64,000 nt of DNA from an uncultured Chloroflexia bacterium. GTDB lineage: Bacteria > Chloroflexota > Anaerolineae > Anaerolineales > Anaerolineaceae. Location of the stretch: assembly GCA_963811225.1 (NCBI GenBank), contig CAWEQO010000004.1, forward strand, positions 300,762 to 364,761, written 5' to 3'. Each line of letters begins with the position of its first letter. Positions within the stretch are counted from its first letter, which is position 1. Of this stretch, positions 37,516 to 44,964 are shown piece after piece. Position numbers and translations under genes: made by a program. The notes below the pieces were generated by a model. The model did not search any database and was not told where the DNA came from. It worked only from the letters and a program-made list of their open reading frames with translations.

Positions 37516-37593
37516 GGAAGAGAACAGAGGGTAGAGAACAATTCCTGCAGGGTTGCTTTTGCAGGAATTGTTCTCTACCCTCTGTTCTCTTCC
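37516..37593. repeat. 33-bp perfect-stem palindrome (12-nt loop) overlapping the 3' end of the VOC gene
   Basis: Arms 37516..37548 and 37561..37593 (GGAAGAGAACAGAGGGTAGAGAACAATTCCTGC and its reverse complement). The 3' arm encodes the last residues and the stop (EENRG*) of 37575..37982. Confidence 0.8.
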
Positions 37594-37982
37594 TTCAACT
37601 GCAGCAGATCCCAGCGGTTGCCATACAGGTCCTCGAACACGGCCACCAGCCCATAGTCCGCTTCCTTCGGTGGGCGGATAAACCGGATCCCATTGGCCAC
37701 CATCTCGTGATAGTCGCGCCAGAAATCGTCCGTGTTCAGAAACAGGAATACTCTTCCCCCGGCCTGGTTACCGATGAACAGCTCCTGCTCGGGTTTGGAG
37801 GCTCTGGCCAGCAGCATTGTTGTCCCTATCGAGCCGGGCGGAGACACAACCACCCAGCGCTTATCCTGCTCCGGCTGGTAGGTATCCTCAACCAGGGTGA
37901 AATGGAGCTTCTGCGTATAAAACGCAATGGCCTCATCGTAATCCCGCACAACGAGCGCTACATGCACGATAGACTGTTTCAT
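37575..37982 (-). CDS. VOC (glyoxalase/bleomycin-resistance/dioxygenase) family protein
   Basis: VHVALVVRDYDEAIAFYTQKLHF..; ..YGLVAVFEDLYGNRWDLLQ, a typical VOC paired beta-alpha-beta-beta-beta pattern. Confidence 0.8.
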   Translation of the reverse strand: MKQSIVHVALVVRDYDEAIAFYTQKLHFTLVEDTYQPEQDKRWVVVSPPGSIGTTMLLARASKPEQELFIGNQAGGRVFLFLNTDDFWRDYHEMVANGIRFIRPPKEADYGLVAVFEDLYGNRWDLLQLKEENRG

Positions 37983-37983
37983 G

Positions 37984-38388
37984 TTAATCCCGTTCGCTCA
38001 CGATCCAGGTCTTAGCGACTTCAGGATCGCGAAAATACTTTACCGGCAAATTGGCAAACTCCCCGGCCGCCTTCAGGCGCTTGTTGATCCGCCGCTGGTC
38101 GCCAGTCGAACAGCCCACCAGGGCGAGCTTGAGAGTGCGAGGGCGAATCTGGCGCAGAAATTCAATGAACTCAGTGACAACTCGATCCGAGAGCCGGGTG
38201 CCATAGAAGTCAATCCACATCCCAATGCTGCGGTTTTGCTCCAGGAAGAAGGCAGCGTCGGCTTTCATCATGGCGATGAGCGCGTTTTCGTCGGCTTCGT
38301 AGCTGCCCAGGTGCAGGCCAAACAGCTCTCCTCCCTTATAAGGGTAGGGAAAAATTGCTCCATCGGGTGCTTTTTTATTGTAGGGCAT
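37984..38388 (-). CDS. Hypothetical protein
   Basis: 134-aa ORF placed 1 nt upstream of the VOC gene with coding-like composition. I recognise no family. Confidence 0.5.
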   Translation of the reverse strand: MPYNKKAPDGAIFPYPYKGGELFGLHLGSYEADENALIAMMKADAAFFLEQNRSIGMWIDFYGTRLSDRVVTEFIEFLRQIRPRTLKLALVGCSTGDQRRINKRLKAAGEFANLPVKYFRDPEVAKTWIVSERD

Positions 38389-38504
38389 TTTATTCTCCAG
38401 CCACTGCCGATATCTGACAGGAACAATACCTATTATAGCGAAGCAGCTCCCATCTAGTGATCGGATTTCTGCCAGAAACTCTCTTCTCCGTTTTTATTTT
38501 AGCC

Positions 38505-38533
38505 TTGACAGGACCACACCCTTGGGTTAAAAT
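38505..38533 (+). promoter_or_regulatory. Strong sigma-70-like promoter for the tRNA-Ala gene(s)
   Basis: TTGACA (38505..38510), a 17-nt spacer, then TAAAAT (38528..38533). It ends 19 nt upstream of the tRNA 5' end. Confidence 0.55.
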
Positions 38534-38552
38534 CTTGATCACCCTCCAACAG

Positions 38553-38625
38553 GGGCCTGTAGCGCAGTTGGGAGCGCGCTTCAATCGCACTGAAGAGGTC
38601 GAGGGTTCGAATCCCTCCAGGTCCA
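38553..38625 (+). tRNA. tRNA-Ala (anticodon CGC)
   Basis: Hand-folded cloverleaf. Acceptor GGGCCTG/CAGGTCC with a G3:U70 pair, D arm GCGC-AGTTGGGA-GCGC, anticodon arm CTTCA-ATCGCAC-TGAAG, T arm GAGGG-TTCGAAT-CCCTC, discriminator A. No CCA is encoded. Confidence 0.9.
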
Positions 38626-38674
38626 CTTGAAGCGAGCCCCGACCCGGCAGGTTGGTTGGTTGACAGTAGAATAA

Positions 38675-38747
38675 GGGCCCATAGCGCAGTTGGGAGCGCG
38701 CCTCAATGGCATTGAGGAGGCCGAGGGTTCGAATCCCTCTGGGTCCA
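38675..38747 (+). tRNA. tRNA-Ala (anticodon GGC)
   Basis: Acceptor GGGCCCA/TGGGTCC with a G3:U70 pair, anticodon arm CCTCA-ATGGCAT-TGAGG, and the same D and T arms as the neighbouring tRNA. Confidence 0.9.
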
Positions 38748-38804
38748 CTAAAATCAGGGAGTCGGGAATGAAAGAGGGTTCTGACTCCTTAATCGTTTAA
38801 ATGC

Positions 38805-39072
38805 AGAAAGCTGTGGCAGGAGTAGTAGATCATCCGCCAGCGAGCCGGGAAACTGGTGTGAGCCCGGCAGGTGCAAGCGGAGCGCCTGAGATCGAACTCG
38901 CCTGCCGGTCCATGTAAGTGGACGGGCTGTGCCGGTGAATATGTTCGACAGCCGGGGCCGGGTTTCGCCCGTTAGCGCGAACCAGAGCGGCCTGAGGAGA
39001 GAATCCTTGGGCAAGCAGGGTGGTACCACGGAGAATTGCCTTCGCCCCTGAACCGGGCGAAGGTTTTTGTTT
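38805..39072 (+). promoter_or_regulatory. T-box riboswitch leader of leuS
   Basis: Conserved T-box sequence GGGTGGTACCACGG (39018..39031), then a terminator GCCTTCGCCC..GGGCGAAGG (39038..39063) plus TTTTTGTTT. Stem-I-like AGCGAG (38839..38844) and GGTGTGAG (38855..38862) lie upstream. The specifier is possibly CTG at 38886..38888 (tentative). Confidence 0.75.
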
Positions 39073-39093
39073 GAAATGATAGAGGAGAAATTA

Positions 39094-41550
39094 ATGTCGA
39101 AACGCCAGGTTCCGGTCTATAAGCCGGAAGAGATTGAGCCCAAGTGGCAGGCCAAGTGGGAAGCGGACGGCCTGTATCACGCCGATATCGACCAGAGCCG
39201 CCCCAAGCATTACGCCTTAACCATGCTGCCGTATCCGTCGGGCAATTTGCACATTGGACACTGGTATGCCATGACCCCCTCGGACGCGCGCGCCCGTTAC
39301 ATGCGCATGCAGGGTTACAATGTGATGTTCCCGATGGGCTTCGACGCCTTTGGCCTCCCGGCCGAGAACGCCGCGATCAAGCGCAACATTCACCCCAAAG
39401 AGTGGACGTACAACAACATCGACACGATGCGCAAACAGCTCAAGAGCATGGGCGCGATGTTCGATTGGCGGCGTGAGATGGTCAGCGCCGACACGGAATA
39501 TTATCGCTGGACGCAATGGTTCTTTGTCCAGCTCTACACGCACGGCCTGGCTTACCGCAAGATGTCGCCCGTAGACTGGTGCCCCAACTGTAACACGACC
39601 CTGGCTCGCGAGCAGGTGTGGGGCGAAGACCGCCACTGCGAGCGCTGCGATACCCCCGTGATCAAAAAGAACCTGGAACAGTGGTTCTTCCGCACGACCC
39701 AGTACGCCGATGAGCTGCTGGATTTCGATGGCATGGACTGGCCCGAGCGTGTTCGCACCCTGCAGACCAACTGGATTGGCCGCTCAGAAGGCGCGGCGGT
39801 CACCTTCCAGACCGAGCAGGGCGACCCGCTGGAAGTGTTCACGACCCGTCCGGACACGCTGTGGGGCGCAACCTTCATGGTGCTGGCGCCCGAGCATCCG
39901 CTGGTTAAGCAGATCACCACCCAAGAGCAGCGCGCCGCGGTGGAGGAATACGTCGAACAGGCCGTGCGTCAGACAGACATCCAGCGTGAAGCCACCGACA
40001 AGGAAAAGACCGGCGTATTCACCGGCGGTTACGCCATCAACCCGGTCAATGGCGAACAAATCCCGATTTGGATTGCCGACTATGTGTTGATGACCTACGG
40101 AACCGGCGCGATCATGGCTGTGCCTGCCCACGATCAGCGCGACTTCGAGTTCGCCCGTGAGTTTGGACTGGAGATCCGCCCGGTGATCCAGCCGGAAGGC
40201 GTGGACGTGATTGAAGCGGGCGCAATGACCGAAGCGATCCCCGCCCACGGAACCATGATCAATTCCGGCCATCTGACCGGCACTACCGGGGAAGAGGCGT
40301 TCCCGAAGATCGTCGCGTACCTGGAAGAGAAAGGCGCCGGGCACGGAGCGGTCAACTACCGCCTGCGTGACTGGCTGATCTCGCGCCAGCGCTACTGGGG
40401 CGCGCCGATCCCGATGGTCTACTGCAAGGAATGCGGCGTGATGCCCGTGCCGGAGGATCAACTGCCGGTGACCCTGCCGGACGACGTGGAGTGGCGGCCG
40501 ACCGGTGAGAGCCCGCTGAAGCTGCACCCCACCTGGCGCTTCACCACCTGCCCCAAGTGCGGCGGTCCGGCCGAGCGTGACACAGACACGATGGACACTT
40601 TCATGTGCTCGTCGTGGTATCACTTGCGCTACCTGAGCCCGCACTACAATCAGGGCCCGTTCGACCCCAAGGAATATGATTACTGGATGCCGGTAGACGT
40701 CTATACGGGCGGTGTGGAACACGCCAACATGCACCTGATCTACACGCGTTTCTTCCACAAGGCCTTCCGCGACATGGGCGTCACCAAAGGCAAAGAGCCG
40801 ATGATTGTGATGCGCAACCAGGGCCAGATCTTGGGACCGGACGGCCAGCGGATGAGTAAGAGCCGCGGCAACGTCGTCGACCCGGACGAGCAGGTGCGCA
40901 TGTACGGCGCCGACACGGTGCGAGCCTACCTCATGTTTGGCTATCGATGGTCGGAGGGTGGGCCGTGGGACCCGGGCAACATCCAGGGGCCGACGCGCTG
41001 GCTGTACAAGACCTGGAGCACGGTGCTGGAACCTGGCGACAGCAAGCCGGTCTCGAAGGACGACCGCCGGGCGCTGCGGCGTAAGGTGCACCAGACCTTG
41101 GATCGGGTGACCAACGACTTTGAGGCGTTTGAGTTCAACACGGTCATCTCGTCGCTCATGGAGCTGATGAACGAGATGAGCCGCTACAAGGCCCAGGGCG
41201 GCTGCGATACGCCCGAATGGAATGAAGCGCTGGAGATCTACCTGCTCATGCTGGCGCCGGTGGCCCCCCATATTACCGAGGAACTGTGGTCGCAGATGGG
41301 CAAGCCTTACTCGATCCACACCCAGGAATGGCCAAAGGTGGACGAAAAAGCCGCCAAAGAGGATGAGATCATCCTGGTGGTGCAGATCAACGGCAAGCTG
41401 CGCGATCGCATCAACGTGCCGGTGGGGATCAGCGAGTTCGATGCCAAGGCCAAGGCGCTGGAGAGCGAAGCGGTCGTGCGCCAGTTGGATGGCAAGTCGC
41501 CGCGCAAGGTGATCTACGTGCCGGGGCGGCTGGTGAATATCGTAATGTAG
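39094..41550 (+). CDS. leuS: Leucine--tRNA ligase
   Basis: PYPSGNLHIGHWY (HIGH motif), KMSKSRGN (KMSKS motif), and a bacterial LeuRS CP1/editing region. GAGGAG SD. Start moved to M10 of the track ORF. Confidence 0.95.
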   Translation: MSKRQVPVYKPEEIEPKWQAKWEADGLYHADIDQSRPKHYALTMLPYPSGNLHIGHWYAMTPSDARARYMRMQGYNVMFPMGFDAFGLPAENAAIKRNIHPKEWTYNNIDTMRKQLKSMGAMFDWRREMVSADTEYYRWTQWFFVQLYTHGLAYRKMSPVDWCPNCNTTLAREQVWGEDRHCERCDTPVIKKNLEQWFFRTTQYADELLDFDGMDWPERVRTLQTNWIGRSEGAAVTFQTEQGDPLEVFTTRPDTLWGATFMVLAPEHPLVKQITTQEQRAAVEEYVEQAVRQTDIQREATDKEKTGVFTGGYAINPVNGEQIPIWIADYVLMTYGTGAIMAVPAHDQRDFEFAREFGLEIRPVIQPEGVDVIEAGAMTEAIPAHGTMINSGHLTGTTGEEAFPKIVAYLEEKGAGHGAVNYRLRDWLISRQRYWGAPIPMVYCKECGVMPVPEDQLPVTLPDDVEWRPTGESPLKLHPTWRFTTCPKCGGPAERDTDTMDTFMCSSWYHLRYLSPHYNQGPFDPKEYDYWMPVDVYTGGVEHANMHLIYTRFFHKAFRDMGVTKGKEPMIVMRNQGQILGPDGQRMSKSRGNVVDPDEQVRMYGADTVRAYLMFGYRWSEGGPWDPGNIQGPTRWLYKTWSTVLEPGDSKPVSKDDRRALRRKVHQTLDRVTNDFEAFEFNTVISSLMELMNEMSRYKAQGGCDTPEWNEALEIYLLMLAPVAPHITEELWSQMGKPYSIHTQEWPKVDEKAAKEDEIILVVQINGKLRDRINVPVGISEFDAKAKALESEAVVRQLDGKSPRKVIYVPGRLVNIVM

Positions 41551-41627
41551 ACGGATCCTACTTGCCAGCACAAATCATTGGAACGGACCTTCAAGGCGTG
41601 TTCCACTTTGCAAGAGGATAGTAGAAT

Positions 41628-41667
41628 AGGTGGAACGCACGCTTAGCGTGCGTTCCACCTTCTGTTT
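41628..41667 (+). terminator. Intrinsic terminator after leuS
   Basis: AGGTGGAACGCACGC-tta-GCGTGCGTTCCACCT followed by TCTGTTT. Confidence 0.65.
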
Positions 41668-41679
41668 AAGGAGACCGGT

Positions 41680-42360
41680 ATGCGTTTTGAAGAACTGAAC
41701 TGGATGGATGTGGAAGAGTACCTCAAGCACGATGACCGCTTGATGCTGGTGCTTGGCGCGACCGAGCAGCATGGCTACCTCAGCCTGGCTACGGATTCAT
41801 TGATCCCAATGACGCTGGCGGACTCGGCCAGTCGGCGCGCGAACGTGCTGGTGGCGCCGCCGATGAACTTCGGCGTGTCGCCCTACTTCCTGGCCTATCC
41901 CGGCACGATCAGCCTGCGGCCTGAGACCTTGATGGCGGTGGTGGAGGATGCGATCACTTCGCTGCACGGCTGCGGTTTCCGGCGCATCCTGGTGCTCAAC
42001 GGTCACGGCGGCAACGATGGGGTGCGCGGCAAGCTGTGGGAGCTTGCCAATCGCCTGCCGGGACTGCACCTGGCGTGGTATGCCTGGTGGACGTCGCACA
42101 GTGTAGAAGAGGTGGCCCGCAAGCACGAGATCAAACCTTATCACGCCAGTTGGCTGGAGGCCTTCCCGTTCACGACCGTGGCCGAGCTGCCGGAGGGCGT
42201 CAAGACGCCGGTATCGGTCAAGGGCATGCTGAACGCCGAAGAGAGCCGCAAGGCATACGGCGACGGCGTCTTCGGTGGGCCGTACAAGGTGGCCCCTGAG
42301 ATCATGGATGAGCTGTTCGCTGCGGCACTGGAGGACGTGCTGCATCTGCTGGAATTTTAA
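41680..42360 (+). CDS. Creatininase (creatinine amidohydrolase) family protein
   Basis: LVLGATEQHG, GTISL and ILVLNGHGGN motifs. AGGAGA SD. Confidence 0.8.
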   Translation: MRFEELNWMDVEEYLKHDDRLMLVLGATEQHGYLSLATDSLIPMTLADSASRRANVLVAPPMNFGVSPYFLAYPGTISLRPETLMAVVEDAITSLHGCGFRRILVLNGHGGNDGVRGKLWELANRLPGLHLAWYAWWTSHSVEEVARKHEIKPYHASWLEAFPFTTVAELPEGVKTPVSVKGMLNAEESRKAYGDGVFGGPYKVAPEIMDELFAAALEDVLHLLEF

Positions 42361-42449
42361 GAGGAAAGAAAGTTGAGAGCCGAGAGCAGTAAGAGTCCCT
42401 TTTGGTCAAAGGGGACTCTTACTGCTCTCTGTGCTCACTTTCTTTCCTC
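42361..42449. repeat. Long compound hairpin (about 89 nt) between the creatininase-family and MgtC-family genes
   Basis: Outer arms GAGGAAAGAAAGT../..ACTTTCTTTCCTC. Inner perfect arms GAGAGCAGTAAGAGTCCC (42382..42399) and GGGACTCTTACTGCTCTC (42412..42429). Probably a terminator or attenuator. Confidence 0.65.
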
Positions 42450-42475
42450 TTTTCCAAATCGGTTATACTTCAAAC

Positions 42476-43123
42476 ATGGAAACTGCCTACCCGATCCTAT
42501 CCGGAGAAATGATCAAGCTGCTGCTTGCCATCCTGGTGGGTGGGGCGATTGGGATCGAGCGTGAGCTGCGCGACAAGGATGCAGGCTTCCGCACCCTGAT
42601 CTTTATTTGCGTCGGCTCGACCATCTTCACGATCTTCTCACTGCGCCTGTCGCCCGAGGGTGACCCGACCCGCATCGCGTCGAACATCGTCAGCGGTGTG
42701 GGCTTCCTGGGCGCCGGAGTGATCCTGCGGGAACGCGGCCAGGTGCGCGGCCTGACGACTGCCTCGACCATCTGGTTGACGGCGGCGCTGGGGCTGGGCA
42801 TTGGTGCAGGGCACTACACCTTCGTGATCTTAGCGACGCTGACGATCTTGTTCATTCTGCTGTTCTTCCCGCGTATCGAGGGTTGGATGGGGCAGATGTC
42901 GGAGACCCGCATTTACGAGATCACCTGTAAGCAAGATCAGGCCAAAATGGAAGCGATCCGCAAGGCGTGGAAAGCGCATTCTCTGAAGATCATCGATCAC
43001 AAGCTGGGCAAGTATGAGGAACTGATGATGTGCACCTGGACCATCTACGGCAAGAGCGACAACCACGAGAAGATGGTCGATATGCTGTTCAACGATCCAG
43101 ATATCGTCTCCTTCAGCTTCTAG
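42476..43123 (+). CDS. MgtC/SapB-family membrane protein
   Basis: LLLAILVGGAIGIERE..GFRT..., NIVSGVGFLGAGVIL and GLTTASTIWLTAALGLGIGAG are canonical MgtC-family motifs. Start moved to M16. Confidence 0.85.
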   Translation: METAYPILSGEMIKLLLAILVGGAIGIERELRDKDAGFRTLIFICVGSTIFTIFSLRLSPEGDPTRIASNIVSGVGFLGAGVILRERGQVRGLTTASTIWLTAALGLGIGAGHYTFVILATLTILFILLFFPRIEGWMGQMSETRIYEITCKQDQAKMEAIRKAWKAHSLKIIDHKLGKYEELMMCTWTIYGKSDNHEKMVDMLFNDPDIVSFSF

Positions 43124-43167
43124 GCAGATTCTCGCGTAGCCAAAATACAAAGCGACAGGAACAAGAG

Positions 43168-44028
43168 ATGGTCACGATCCATGAAGCATTCGTAACGGCT
43201 GCGGGCCGCCGCATTCACTACTACCAGGCCGGGGAGCAGGGCTCTCCGGTCGTTCTGCTGCATGGGGGCGGGATCGACTCGGCCATGGTATCCTGGAGAC
43301 TGACCCTCCCCGCGCTGGCCGAATCGCACGTGGTCTATGCGCCCGATTTGCCGGGTTACGGCCTGAGCGAGTGGGAGGGTGGCGCTTACAGCATCCAACT
43401 GCTCATCCAAACCCTTCACGGGTTGATGGATGCCTGGGGGCTGCCGAAGGCGGCCCTGGTGGGCCTTTCGATGGGCGGCGGGACGGCGCTGGGTTATGCG
43501 CTGGCGCATCCTGAGCGGGTGTCGAAGCTGGTGCTGGTAGACAGCTACGGACTGTCGCGCAATGTGCCCTTCCAAACCCTCTCTTATCTATTCGTCAAGA
43601 TGCCGCTGGTCAACCCGATAACGTGGTGGAGCCTGCGCCAGAGCCGGGCGCTGACACGCTGGACCTTGAGCTATATTCTAAAGAATCCGGAGGCGATTAC
43701 TTCGGAACTGGTGGACGAGGTGTATGCGATCGTGCGCCGCCCGGGCATCGAGCAGGCCTTTGCCGCCTTCCAAAACGATGAAATCACCCCTCGTGGTTTG
43801 CGTACCAGCTACATGGATCGTCTGGATGAGCTGTCGGTGGAAACGTTAATCGTTCACGGCGACCAGGACATCCTCGTTCCGTTGAAGGATGCCCGGGAGG
43901 CGGCAGAGCGCATCCCCAACGCCCGCCTGGAGGTGCTGCATCACGCCGGTCACTGGTCTGCTCGCGACGATCCGGAGCAGTTCAACCGGCTGGTGGCGGA
44001 CTTCCTGTTCGAAAAATCCTCTGGGTAA
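43168..44028 (+). CDS. Alpha/beta-fold hydrolase
   Basis: VVLLHGGG (oxyanion region), the GLSMGGG nucleophile elbow, and a C-terminal HHAGHW. Start moved to M47 of the track ORF. Confidence 0.8.
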   Translation: MVTIHEAFVTAAGRRIHYYQAGEQGSPVVLLHGGGIDSAMVSWRLTLPALAESHVVYAPDLPGYGLSEWEGGAYSIQLLIQTLHGLMDAWGLPKAALVGLSMGGGTALGYALAHPERVSKLVLVDSYGLSRNVPFQTLSYLFVKMPLVNPITWWSLRQSRALTRWTLSYILKNPEAITSELVDEVYAIVRRPGIEQAFAAFQNDEITPRGLRTSYMDRLDELSVETLIVHGDQDILVPLKDAREAAERIPNARLEVLHHAGHWSARDDPEQFNRLVADFLFEKSSG

Positions 44029-44038
44029 GGAGAATGAC

Positions 44039-44530
44039 ATGAACCAAGACGCTGCAAAATGGATCGAGCGGTTGGAGCTGCAGCCGCATCCGGAGGGGGG
44101 CTATTTCCACGAGACGTATCGCTGCCGGGAGAGCATCCGGGCCGAGGGGCTGCCCGAGCGCTTCGATGGTTCGCGACCCTTTTCAACCGCAATCTACTTC
44201 CTGCTGGCCGGTGGCCAGTTCTCGGCCTTCCACCGCATCCGCTCGGACGAAATCTGGCATTTTTACGCCGGGTCGGGACTGACGCTGCACGTCATCCATG
44301 AAGATGGGCGCTACGAGCAGCGCAAGTTGGGCCTGGGGGAGTTCCAGCTGGTTGCGCCGGGTGGGTGCTGGTTCGGAGCCAGCCTGGACGAAGACGAAGG
44401 TTATACCCTGGTCGGCTGCACAGTCGCGCCCGGCTTCGATTATTGTGACTTCGAGCTGGCGGAACGGGCGGCTTTGCTGGAGCAGTTCCCCCAGCATGGA
44501 GAGATCATCACAAAATTGACACGGAGTTGA
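44039..44530 (+). CDS. Cupin-superfamily protein (DUF985-like)
   Basis: L.LQPHPEGGYFHETYR...STAIYFLL..GQFSAFHRIRSDEIWHFYAG...VGCTVAPGFDY.DFEL. Confidence 0.8.
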   Translation: MNQDAAKWIERLELQPHPEGGYFHETYRCRESIRAEGLPERFDGSRPFSTAIYFLLAGGQFSAFHRIRSDEIWHFYAGSGLTLHVIHEDGRYEQRKLGLGEFQLVAPGGCWFGASLDEDEGYTLVGCTVAPGFDYCDFELAERAALLEQFPQHGEIITKLTRS

Positions 44531-44538
44531 ACGCAAGG

Positions 44539-44959
44539 ATGAGCATCGAATACAGGCAGATGACGATCGAAGATTATGATGCCGTGGTCGAGCTGTGGGA
44601 AAACACACCCGGGATCGAATTGAGTTCGCGCCGATGAGCGCGATCCCATCGCCTACTTCCTGGAACACAACCCGGGGTTGAGCTTTCTGGCTGTGGACGG
44701 CGACCGGATCATCGGCACCTCTTTGACCGGCAACGATGGGCGGCGGGGCTACCTGCATCACGTGGTGGTGGCAGGGCCTTACCGGGGCCAGGGCATCGGC
44801 GCAGCGCTGGTCGAGCATTCGCTGGAGGCGCTGCAGGCCGAGGGCATCCAAAAGGTGCATCTGTTCGTGGTCAGGACCAATGAGATTGGCCAGCGTTTCT
44901 GGCGCAATCACGATTGGCACGAGCGGGTTGAACTGGTGATGTTCTCCAAGAACATCTAG
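44539..44959 (+). pseudogene. GNAT-family N-acetyltransferase interrupted by an apparent +1 frameshift
   Basis: Frame 1 reads MSIEYRQMTIEDYDAVVELWENTPGIELSSRR* with the stop at 44635..44637. Frame 2, open from 44624, reads (A)DERDPIAYFLEHNPGLSFLAVDGDRIIGTSLTGNDGRRGYLHHVVVAGPYRGQGIGAALV.. Together these make one typical GNAT, so the switch must occur within 44624..44634. Confidence 0.65.
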
Positions 44960-44964
44960 ACAAA

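Noticed and set aside
36386-37534. 382-aa plus-strand ORF opposite the M24 peptidase
   Set aside because: It is an antisense shadow. Its C-terminus (EENRG*) is generated by the palindrome at 37516.
38660-38672. TTGACA and TAGAAT hexamers just upstream of the second tRNA-Ala
   Set aside because: The two hexamers are only 1 nt apart and abut the tRNA 5' end, so they cannot form a functional -35/-10 pair.
38754-39029. 91-aa minus-strand ORF between the tRNAs and leuS
   Set aside because: The region is better explained as the leuS T-box leader, which has the conserved T-box motif and a terminator.
39784-41571. 595-aa minus-strand ORF opposite leuS
   Set aside because: It is antisense to a gene with HIGH and KMSKS motifs. 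The product is Arg/His/Val-rich with no domain signature.
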